This document shows, in pieces, positions 49,101-56,816 of a DNA stretch of 57,973 nt. The position numbers were made by a program, and so were the translations under genes. The notes under the pieces are model-generated. The model was not told the origin of the DNA, did not search any database, and was given only the letters and a program-made list of their open reading frames with translations. Within the stretch, counting starts at the first letter, position 1; the number at the start of each line of letters is the position of its first letter. This stretch comes from an uncultured Clostridia bacterium (GTDB lineage: Bacteria; Bacillota; Clostridia; Christensenellales; UBA1242), in the NCBI GenBank assembly GCA_944377435.1, contig CALWEY010000088.1, positions 1 through 57,973 on the forward strand. The letters are read 5' to 3'.

Positions 49101-52100
49101 AACGGACAAATGGTTGAGAGCAGTAAAAATAGTTTTGTCTGCACAGTTGTTGAGTATGTATTTGATGATTTAAATGCTGACAATATGTTTGCTGACAGTG
49201 AAATTTTATTGGGTGTTGGAAATGCTGTTGATATCAGAGATAAAATACTTGAAAAACTTGATATAGAATATTCAAATAGTGCAACGGGCGCAGTATCCCT
49301 TTTAAAAGAAAGCATAAAACAAAATGCGTCGTTCTATTATAAAAAAGGCGATGTGTATACTCCAATCACAGATTCAACAAATGAAGAAGTTGAAAAAGAG
49401 TATAAGTTAAATGGATATGTTTATACTCCATTAAAAGTTGGAGATAATACATTTAACTTTGGAATATATGTTGAATTATATTATTTGCAAGGCTATTTAA
49501 TTGTAAAAGAAATAGAAAAACCAGAAGAAATTAGTCAATCCGATATCAAAACTTTTGATATTAGTGTAGTGCAAAGCAGTTTGGAAGATGCTCCATTACC
49601 AATTTACACAGCAGAAGACTTAACGAGAATGATTGACGGTAATTATTATAGGCTGATGGCAGACATAGAACTTCCTTATGCGTTTAGTCCACTAACAGCA
49701 AAAATAAGAAGTTTAGATGGCAATGGCAAAAAGATTATAATAAACAGTGGTATATATAAAGATAATGATGCATATACAAACATAGAAAAATACGGACTTT
49801 TTGAAACGATAGATAGCAATACTGTAATTTCAAACTTAACTATTGAGATTAGTGGGTTTGGAACAACAATGTTCTCATTTGACAATTCTCTTTCGGCAAA
49901 CTCGTTTAATTTTGGACTTTTGGCGGGAGAAAATAATGGTGTAATAACAAATTGTTTTGTTACAATGTCAAATTCATCATCGTCTTTAATTGTTTCAAAC
50001 AACTCTTCTGTATCAAACACAAACACATCTTATATAGCAGGTCTTGTTGCAGTTAATAATGGCTTTATAACCAACAGTAGGGTAAATTTAAAACTTGAAT
50101 CAACAGGTGCAAACCTTAGTGGACTTGTTGCTGTAAACAATGGACATATTGCATCAAGTTATGTAAAAGATAGTTTGATTAAAAACTCAAGTTCAAATGC
50201 TAATAACTCAACAGGTGGATTAGTTGTTTTAAATAATGGAACAATTTTAACAAGTTTCATTGAAGGCTCGTACAACGAAGGAATAATTAAGATATATGCT
50301 GAAAATACAGTAAATATTTTAAGCGCTTCTTCAATAGCTGGTGCATTCGCTTATCAAAACGCTGGCACTATTGAAGATTGTTATGCAAATATTCCTGTTG
50401 TTGCTTCTTCAAGAAACTCAGGATTTGTTTACACAAACAACGGTTCAATAAAAAGATGTTACACTACTTCAAAACTTGGTGACGGCGATTATGAAAACTA
50501 TCCATTTATTGTAAGTCAAGGTGAAAATTCTTTAATTGAAAGTTGTTACTATTTAGACGACTCATTATTTAATGTAAATGTAAATCAATCAAATAAAAAC
50601 ATTGAAGGTCTACGAGCAACTTCACTAAGCGAGTTTGTTACAAGACATGAAGTAATAGACAATGTTGTACAACAAACAGAACTATTTACCGAATTTGTTG
50701 TAAATAAAAACAACGAAATAAACAGTGGTGTATGGTTCTTTGCACAAAGTGATAACGCACACGAATTTAAAGTTGGTGATACTATTTCAACAATGGATCA
50801 TCAAAAGTATATACAAAACACAAGTTATGTATCGTACGCACAATATAGCTATAAAGGAGTTGCACAACAATTTGTTGCAAATAGACTGCAACTTGTTTCA
50901 GCAAATACTTTAGCATATAGTGAAAAAGATTTAACATCTTCATATGATGACGAAACCGGAATATACACTTATAACTATTTTACTTCGAGCATATACGCAG
51001 AAGATGGTTCTAAATACAATCCAATAATAATATATAGTGCTTCACAATTTGAAAATCACATTCTTAACAATTCATTAAAAAATGTAAATACATTAAATTA
51101 TAGATTTGTTAAAGACATAAATTACACTGATGAAAATCTAGTTGTTAGTTCATTGTATAAAACAACTTTTGCTGGATACATAGAAGGTAATGGAATGGAA
51201 ATTTCAGGATTTTCTATCAACACAAACGAAAGTTTGTTAAGTTCAGGTTATTTCTCACAAATTGGCAATGGTTTAAGTTATGCAACAATTCAAAACTTGG
51301 TATTTAGTCCAAAATATCTAAACCTTCCAAACTCATACAATGTAGGCACTGTTGCAGGAACGGTCAATAGAGCATATGTTTATAACATAAGCGTTGATGC
51401 TTACAAATTCAACAATCAAGGCATGGTAATTCTTGGAAGAAATATTGTAGGTGGAATATTTGGAAGAACAACTTCTAGCTTTGATATAAATGGCCTTTAT
51501 TCTTCAATTTCCGTAAACGCATATTACACTAATTTAAGCGCAGATTATAACAGTGATAGCGTTCAACAAAAAATTCTATACGAAGAAATGGGAACAAATA
51601 CTGACACTGTTTCTTACGCTGGTAGCATAGTTGGTTATGTTGCTGGCACAGGAACAATAAAAAATCCAAAGATTACAAACGATGTTGCTTCAATCGGTAT
51701 GATTTGTGGATTTATGTTTGGTGGAATTGGTATAAATGCGACAGTCGACAATATAAATCTTGTAACTTCATACGGACAACAAAACTTTATAAGAGCAAGC
51801 GCATATGCAGGTTTGATTGTTGGAGATTTAAAAGGTACATTAACAAATGTAACAATAGAAAAGTCAGCAAGCCAAGAAAAACTTTATGACCTATTTAGGT
51901 TAGAACCAAGAGTTCCATTGGCAGTTGGTGGTGTTAGTGGTATTGTTAGAGGTGGTACAGTTATAAATGTGAACATATATGAAGATATCACTTTTGAAAA
52001 TACAAAAACTTTAATACCTAGTGCTGTTGGTGGACTTGCCGGAAAAGTGTTGCAAACAATTAAAGTTAACAACTTTAACTATTATGGACAAAACATCGTA

Positions 52101-52757
52101 GGAAGAAATATTGTTGGTGGTGTTGTTGGAGAACTTAAAATTGACGCAAACAAAAATGTCAATGTAAGCCTTACAAATATAAATGTCGGTGCAGATAGCA
52201 AAACGACAATAAAAATTCAAAAGCCATCAAGCGATGAAGATGTATTAGAAATGTATATTGGTGGTATTGTTGGAAAGGTGTCAAGCGACTACTCAAATAA
52301 TACAGACCTATCAAAAACAATAATGCTTGATAATATTTCATTAAATGCAATAATAGAAACAGATGTAAAGGTTTATGGATCAATTCTAACAGGTGAGATT
52401 ATTCCAACAATTTATCAATTAAGTGCAGGATATATATTTGGTGGATATTTTAGTAGTGAAAATGTTAAATTTACTGATTGGGATTTAACAATAGGAACTA
52501 ATTTTGATACGGATATAACAACATCATTGAATGTTCAAAATATACGCAATGGCAATAATGCAAGCAACATTCCAAAAGAATTTCAAATAGATTTTGGTTA
52601 TGTAATAGCATTAAATGTAAATAATTTAGATGATACATTAGTTCTAAATATCCCAAAAACACAGGTTAAAATTTCATTAAATGGCAAAGAGTATACAATA
52701 CCTAGTGAACAAACACAAAATGCCTATGAAATATATCAGCAATTTATAGGTGCATAA
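43179..52757 (+). CDS. Giant (3192 aa) predicted surface lipoprotein, a paralogue-like partner with the same Ig-like plus GLUG beta-helix architecture (three modules)
   Basis: It starts 16 nt after the upstream stop; the ATG at 43191 is an alternative start. The signal peptide has the lipobox LTAC (Cys27, nt 43257). GLUG-type repeats include VGGVCGENNGSI, IAGLVAVNNGFITNSRV and VGGVVGELK. It has no C-terminal anchor motif. Confidence 0.8.
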   Translation: MERKMKKFLVIINIFILTLCAITLTACGENFSKFSLSFSSASIDLTLNEEKEYDIKIENYFETEVNFNFDFDKNLAQVDANITNLGDGTYRVKIKGLMSGTTTLTITLLEGNKKCVIPVNVYEPVTDFSLKDNLSLYVVRGQSITFTSDMFNFYPQTTLQKELEFSVNSINLENNTYFADYDSPNVVTVTATSAYNSSLNRSFELVVLDEIDTEGITLSYNDDTVLPIDKDENSYIEIIANDDSDFKKTYIMTYDATKNYDFQFISKETNEYFTSSKWELENKYSVDIVNQNEKLVEDTLVIRVYDANYRQYYKDIEYKIKFVYIPQSIKINGQTVVDQVDLFDNNLQSTVQKAKISINPTNATYSNVTIEFYVENAATSELTRLSYTQIKEYLCVKYKGIEINDNQVITDLSAEIEYYGRKVLPTDLYGENIYIRFVCNSEYLETPIYNEIPVIIRKSATDFYVSEEYINSTIYVSTKDDVVTFNGFVVKDDGAYIGKIVAVADYLSSGYVEVSQTQDNLASIDIKPLKQGQATYTLILSSGISTRLTIVVKEEFSINDFWLYVSPNNTDNVAEVSYKNIRENSTLSSVVLRGLSEFEIITNIMPKNIDKDMYTLSFRSTNPDAISVENNKVKANKIDNQTYRIIVDLSLMQVDQFKIVENPQFQHNNQYSFDVKCFKPISSFSVVGVNAGKSNETYTSKTEVYVGNIGEVDKLMSEVNLKLLIDNNEPEDDDDRIKGIKWSFSTTYLEIENGVYELSESGSQIGYFYADEMRFVCRSSNSSGFIKITAEIMEYGKAVSASIQVDIKSYVQVNNIWLNNYVEQIYLDAVYNEITLYPYIVPSDATNKNYVAWFEAKDGTSPAIVQLEYDSSYIKLSYSGRGGGQGTLHIVPSSKYSGESSGDETLYESSLNLDVYIGEGTIENPLHIRTWEEFKNIDLTKHYVIDTIIDAQGEEITPLGELTGGIKGYVTNIVNNQVTNENVGGIVNFVIKNPNTLRSVNYYGLFTNIAETGYLMNLTISGKIDVSETTSNDSYVGLVCGINNGLVKNVSVSLLKSNISSNGTNNLYVGGVCGENNGSIIADIIEKQAGDSVANIDNEKRIGENTLFNDNETTSSGIINPNYQTVRPNSTIMVQMYDIFNVFVNKANNETIYFGGVVGNNNGLISFRNNNDYIKYNLYGTSSVVNMQVSGVSNNSYIGGVAGYNDGGNILNLLAKGTIDASNFSHVAGIIGSLNKGKILNNTTKVFVRGKNYVAGLVGLVSQDAGENVNLSNNTVEAIDEGKTGIDASLIISNKGDDGKDCAHLYFLGTNAVKDDGKNICQTYVNRNIIADGENENLTNYYGDVIKISADGITKHETFNKALNVANFSEIIDTVKYPQNTIILMYYKAVDVTNQSLLKDFNTQKLPQDLILEEYRDIEISLSSSASSVVSISSMGELVLNSKGTCVLTLSSSNNYKDKVEIKVIVTNYISDLQMYLTSDRLGSAITSVNVLNVNNRNILNLYPKFVGQVTTINGYRIDTIENSEALLEIEADDSYVSVKQSGRTVMLQGNGTNNSVNNLPIDFYVYIPVIVNGIETRYYLVKNQDNNMFVANAKNNSNLQLNMNYTQGIYSIELDKTNMDIVPSDVINVRVQYLTDDENDRLNLVMKYLENGVFIEYSQENISAFNEYFKNVSVSEPKFENGKYYVDYLFELNTESDVKLGNYEFVFSSSISGVSKTLKVRYSSQPMDSVIIKNYTFADNQDIELGTLDDGSIIYNTSYTMQETNTITAGKTNILRIVVNPYYADYSYIEVTNDNSNINNGKVVLFGLLKQYNNQPNQAVVSTNGYTTAKGIRVYKKDIQGGDLQILYRLHTNVIEGDSVTLNVNFYNENGDIVYSQEQKVLTIAIDKTIDISISGKENSTGKYYLARGMSYALDVKSVGYDTDEIYITSSSPYITVMRDGSSFYLQVAQDINYISGQEGADVLITYYGKRLVNGQMVESSKNSFVCTVVEYVFDDLNADNMFADSEILLGVGNAVDIRDKILEKLDIEYSNSATGAVSLLKESIKQNASFYYKKGDVYTPITDSTNEEVEKEYKLNGYVYTPLKVGDNTFNFGIYVELYYLQGYLIVKEIEKPEEISQSDIKTFDISVVQSSLEDAPLPIYTAEDLTRMIDGNYYRLMADIELPYAFSPLTAKIRSLDGNGKKIIINSGIYKDNDAYTNIEKYGLFETIDSNTVISNLTIEISGFGTTMFSFDNSLSANSFNFGLLAGENNGVITNCFVTMSNSSSSLIVSNNSSVSNTNTSYIAGLVAVNNGFITNSRVNLKLESTGANLSGLVAVNNGHIASSYVKDSLIKNSSSNANNSTGGLVVLNNGTILTSFIEGSYNEGIIKIYAENTVNILSASSIAGAFAYQNAGTIEDCYANIPVVASSRNSGFVYTNNGSIKRCYTTSKLGDGDYENYPFIVSQGENSLIESCYYLDDSLFNVNVNQSNKNIEGLRATSLSEFVTRHEVIDNVVQQTELFTEFVVNKNNEINSGVWFFAQSDNAHEFKVGDTISTMDHQKYIQNTSYVSYAQYSYKGVAQQFVANRLQLVSANTLAYSEKDLTSSYDDETGIYTYNYFTSSIYAEDGSKYNPIIIYSASQFENHILNNSLKNVNTLNYRFVKDINYTDENLVVSSLYKTTFAGYIEGNGMEISGFSINTNESLLSSGYFSQIGNGLSYATIQNLVFSPKYLNLPNSYNVGTVAGTVNRAYVYNISVDAYKFNNQGMVILGRNIVGGIFGRTTSSFDINGLYSSISVNAYYTNLSADYNSDSVQQKILYEEMGTNTDTVSYAGSIVGYVAGTGTIKNPKITNDVASIGMICGFMFGGIGINATVDNINLVTSYGQQNFIRASAYAGLIVGDLKGTLTNVTIEKSASQEKLYDLFRLEPRVPLAVGGVSGIVRGGTVINVNIYEDITFENTKTLIPSAVGGLAGKVLQTIKVNNFNYYGQNIVGRNIVGGVVGELKIDANKNVNVSLTNINVGADSKTTIKIQKPSSDEDVLEMYIGGIVGKVSSDYSNNTDLSKTIMLDNISLNAIIETDVKVYGSILTGEIIPTIYQLSAGYIFGGYFSSENVKFTDWDLTIGTNFDTDITTSLNVQNIRNGNNASNIPKEFQIDFGYVIALNVNNLDDTLVLNIPKTQVKISLNGKEYTIPSEQTQNAYEIYQQFIGA

Positions 52758-52789
52758 TTTATTTGACTAAAATTTAATATCCTTATGGT

Positions 52790-52801
52790 ATTCCTTAGGA
52801 A
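52790..52801. repeat. Left arm of a 12-bp inverted repeat (attccttaggaa) upstream of the rpoB promoter
   Basis: It is the reverse complement of ttcctaaggaat at 52901-52912. Confidence 0.6.
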
Positions 52802-52871
52802 AAACAATATATAAAAAACACTTTTATTGTCAAAAACTTACTAAAAAATAAAAAATGTTTTTGTAATTGTG

Positions 52872-52900
52872 TTGACAAAAATGTAGCAAGTGTTTATAAT
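52872..52900 (+). promoter_or_regulatory. Perfect consensus sigma-A promoter upstream of rpoB
   Basis: TTGACA (52872-52877), exactly 17 nt, then TATAAT (52895-52900). It predicts a leader of about 200 nt. Confidence 0.6.
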
Positions 52901-52912
52901 TTCCTAAGGAAT
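52901..52912. repeat. Right arm of the 12-bp inverted repeat, abutting the -10 box and covering the predicted transcription start
   Basis: ttcctaaggaat begins immediately after TATAAT. Confidence 0.6.
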
Positions 52913-53103
52913 ATTATTCGAATAGTGATTAAAAATACAATATTCTAATTTAATAATTTGAAAATACAGGCACATAACACGGGGAAAACTGTGTGATTTT
53001 GCTTGTTATTTTCATGTAAAAAGAAAGTAAATTAAACAGGCAAAAACAAAAAAGAAGCATGCTGTTATAATTTTACTAATTTAAGTACAAGGAGAATGTA
53101 GAA

Positions 53104-56100
53104 ATGCAACAAACAGTACCATCGCTTAAAAAAATTAAATGTGGTAAAAATGAAAGATATACCTTTGCAAAACTTGACGAAATTGCAACACTTCCAAACC
53201 TTCTTGAAATTCAAAAAGATGCATATAAAGAATTTTTGGATCATGGCATATATGACATTTTGCAAGAATTATCACCAATAACCGATTACAGTGGTAAAGC
53301 AAAGTTATATTTTCTTGATGTCGACATGACAGAAAAACCAAAATATGACCTTAGAGAATGTAGAAGAAGAGGTCTTTCTTATTCATTCCCACTTAAAGTT
53401 AAAACAAGACTTGTTATTGAAGATAGTGGCGAGGCAATAGACCAAGATGTTTATCTTGGAGATATTCCACTTATGACTGAACAAGGTTCTTTCTTGTTCA
53501 ACGGTATTGAAAGGGTAGTTGTAAGTCAAGTAACTCGTTCTCCTAGCGTATATTTCACAAGAGATAAAGACGATAATTCAACACTTAAAGGTCAAATTTA
53601 CCCAAGTCATGGTATGTGGCTTGAAATAGAGCAAGGTGCAAATGAAGTGTTAAAAATGGTTTTAGACCGTTCACATAAAATAACGCTTGGACTATTTTTA
53701 AAGTGTTTTGGCTATACAAACGAAGAGATTTTGCAAATGTATGGCAATCATCGTTTAATAAAACAAATAATTGAAAAAGAACCACAAACAACACAAGAAG
53801 AAGCACTTATTGAATTTGCAAGAAAAACAAGACCTGCTGATGTTCCTTCTGCTGAAAGCACAAGAAACTATATCAATTTGCTATTTTTTTTTTTTTTATA
53901 TTACAATGTAAACAGAGTTGGAAGATATAAAATAAACAAAAAACTTTCACTTGCAACAAGAATAACAGGACTTGTAAGTGCTCAAAACATTGTTATTGAT
54001 GACGAAGTTGTTGTTAAAGCTGGCGAAAAAATAAATGGCGAAGTTGCAAGACAAATTCAGGATAGTGGAATAAATGAAGTTTATGTTGAACTTAATGGAA
54101 GACATCATCTAATTAGAGGGAATAATCGTGTTAAATTAAGCAAAATTTTCCCATGCGATGAAAAAGCCCTTGGAATACTTGAAGATGTTTACTATCCAAA
54201 ACTTATGCAAATTCTAAAAGAAAACAAAACAAAAGAAAAACGCATAGAAGCAATTAAACAAAACGCAAAAGAGCTTATGATTACAACTCTTACAATGGAC
54301 GATATTTTAGCAACAATAAGCTATTATCTTGATTTAATTGAAGGTATTGGCGAAGTTGATAACATCGACCACTTATCAAACAAAAGAGTTGCATCTGTTG
54401 GCGACCTTATTGGTAACGCATTTAGAGCAGGTGTTAAAAAACTTGGTGCAAACATAAAAGAAACACTTCAAGGAAAAGAACTCAGCGAAGTTACTCCAGC
54501 ACAAATTGTAAACCCAAGACCTGTAAATAAAGCATTAAAAGACTTTATTGCTCAATCACAACTTTCACAACTTATGGACCAAATCAACTCACTTAGTGGT
54601 CTTACTCAAAAGAGAAAATTCTCTGCTGTTGGACCTGGAGGTGTTAAAAAAGAAAGAGCATCAGCCGAAGTTCGTGATATTCACTACACACATTACGGAA
54701 GAATTTGTGCAATTGAAACACCAGAAGGACAAAGCATTGGTCTTATTAACACACTTGCATCGTATGCAAAAATAAACGAATACGGATTTATGGAAACACC
54801 ATATAGAAAAGTTGATAAAACAACAGGTGTTGTTTCAAAATCTTATGAATATTATATGGCAGATGTAGAAGATACATCATACATTGCACAAGCCGTTGAA
54901 CCACTTGATGAAAATGGCAAATTTGTAAATAGTCGTGTGCTTTGCAGACATAAAAATTCAATAATGGAAGTTCCAAGAGAAAAAGTTGATTATATGGACG
55001 TGTCTCCAAGACAATTTATTTCTGCTGCAACAGCACTTATTCCATTCCTTGAAAACGATGACTCTGCCCGTGCACTTATGGGTTCAAACATGCAACGTCA
55101 AGCAGTTCCAATTTTAAGACCAGAAGCTCCTATTGTTGGAACAGGTATGGAAAGACCTGTTGCACAAGACTGTGGTGATATGATAACAGCAAAAAGAGAC
55201 GGAACAGTTTCTTATGTTAGTGCAGACCACATTATTGTAACAGCTGACAATGGCGAAGAAGATGTATATAAACTAATAAAATTCCAAAAAACAAACGCAG
55301 ATACATGTAACAACCAAAAACCAAACTGTACAAAAGGTCAAAAAGTTAAGAAAGGCGACCTTCTTGCAGATGGTTATGCAACACAAAACGGAGAACTTGC
55401 ACTTGGCAAAAACGTTCTTGTAGGTTACATGAATTGGGAAGGATATAACTACGAAGACGCTATTTTAATTAGTGAAAGAATAGTAAAAGAAGATGTTTAC
55501 ACATCAATCACATTAAAAGTTGAAGAAATGCCATGTAGAGCAACAAAACTTGGTGATGAAGAAATAACAAGAGATATTCCAAACCTTGGAGAAGATGCTC
55601 TTAAAAATCTTGATGAACATGGTATTGTAAGAGTTGGTGCCGAAGTTAAACCTGGCGACATTCTAGTTGGTAAGGTTACACCAAAAGGCGAAACAGAACT
55701 TACTCCTGAAGAAAGACTACTTAGAGCAATCTTTGGAGATAAGGCAAGAGAAGTTAGAGATACATCTCTAAGAGTTAAACATGGTGCTGGCGGTGTTGTT
55801 ACACATGTTGAAGTATTTTCAAGAAAGAACAAAGACGAACTTGAACCTGGCGTAAATATGCTAGTAAAAGTTTATGTTGCACAAAGAAGAAAACTTTCTG
55901 TCGGTGATAAAATGTCTGGTCGTCACGGAAACAAAGGTGTCGTTTCAAGAGTACTTCCAGAAGCAGATATGCCATTTATGGCAAACGGTCAACCACTTGA
56001 CATTGTGTTAAACCCACTTGGTATTCCATCTCGTATGAATGTAGGTCAAGTTCTTGAAGTTCACTTGGGACTTGTAGCAGGAACACTTGGTTGGAAAGTT

Positions 56101-56787
56101 GCAACACCTGTATTTGATGGCGCAGATGCTGACCAAATTAAACAACTTTTAAAAGCAAACAATTTCCCAGAAAACGGAAAAATTCAGTTGTATGATGGAA
56201 GAACAGGCGAACCTTTTGATCATCCAGCAACAGTTGGTTATAAATATATGTTAAAACTTGACCACATGGTAGACAGCAAAATGCACGCTCGTTCAACAGG
56301 ACCTTACTCACTAGTAACACAACAACCACTTGGTGGTAAAGCGATGTTCGGTGGTCAAAGATTTGGTGAAATGGAAGTTTGGGCTCTTGAAGCATATGGT
56401 GCATCAAGCGTATTACAAGAAATACTTACAGTTAAGTCAGATGATATTGTTGGAAGAACAAAAACATATGAAGCAATTGTAAAAGGTCAACCAATAGCTG
56501 AGCCAGGAATTCCAGAAAGCTTTAAAGTTTTAATTAAAGAATTACAATCACTAGGTCTTGATGTTAAGATTTTAACAGAAGACAATAAAGAAGTTTCAAT
56601 TCAAGAACTTTCAAATGATGATTTAGATACTCCATCACTTGGACACGAAGTTGAAGAGGAACTTAAAGATATTAGTCTTGATTTTGATAATGAAGACAAA
56701 CATGGCGATGTTGTATCGCAAGAAGAAGTTAAACAAGAACTTGATGTAGACAACTTGTTCGATGAGTTTGATGACTTTGATGAATAG
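53104..56787 (+). CDS. rpoB: DNA-directed RNA polymerase beta subunit
   Basis: Conserved blocks are present throughout ([71 protein letters not shown]). GGAGA lies 8 nt upstream of the ATG. The C-terminal tail is acidic. Confidence 0.97.
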   Translation: [1227 protein letters not shown]

Positions 56788-56816
56788 TTATTATTTGACT
56801 GTGGTCAATGATATAA

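Noticed and set aside
23702-52757. Sortase-anchored (LPXTG) adhesin or IgA-protease-like enzyme as the identity of the giant proteins.
   Set aside because: Reading both translations, I found no LPXTG with a hydrophobic tail at either C-terminus. I found no HExxH or other protease signature. Only the GLUG structural repeats are shared with IgA1 proteases.
23702-52757. The giant ORFs as artefacts of collapsed or expanded tandem repeats.
   Set aside because: By eye, the modules are divergent at the nucleotide level, sharing only short words such as ggtggacttgttgg. The frames stay open for 19.5 and 9.6 kb in AT-rich DNA where random frames close quickly. This still deserves read-level confirmation.
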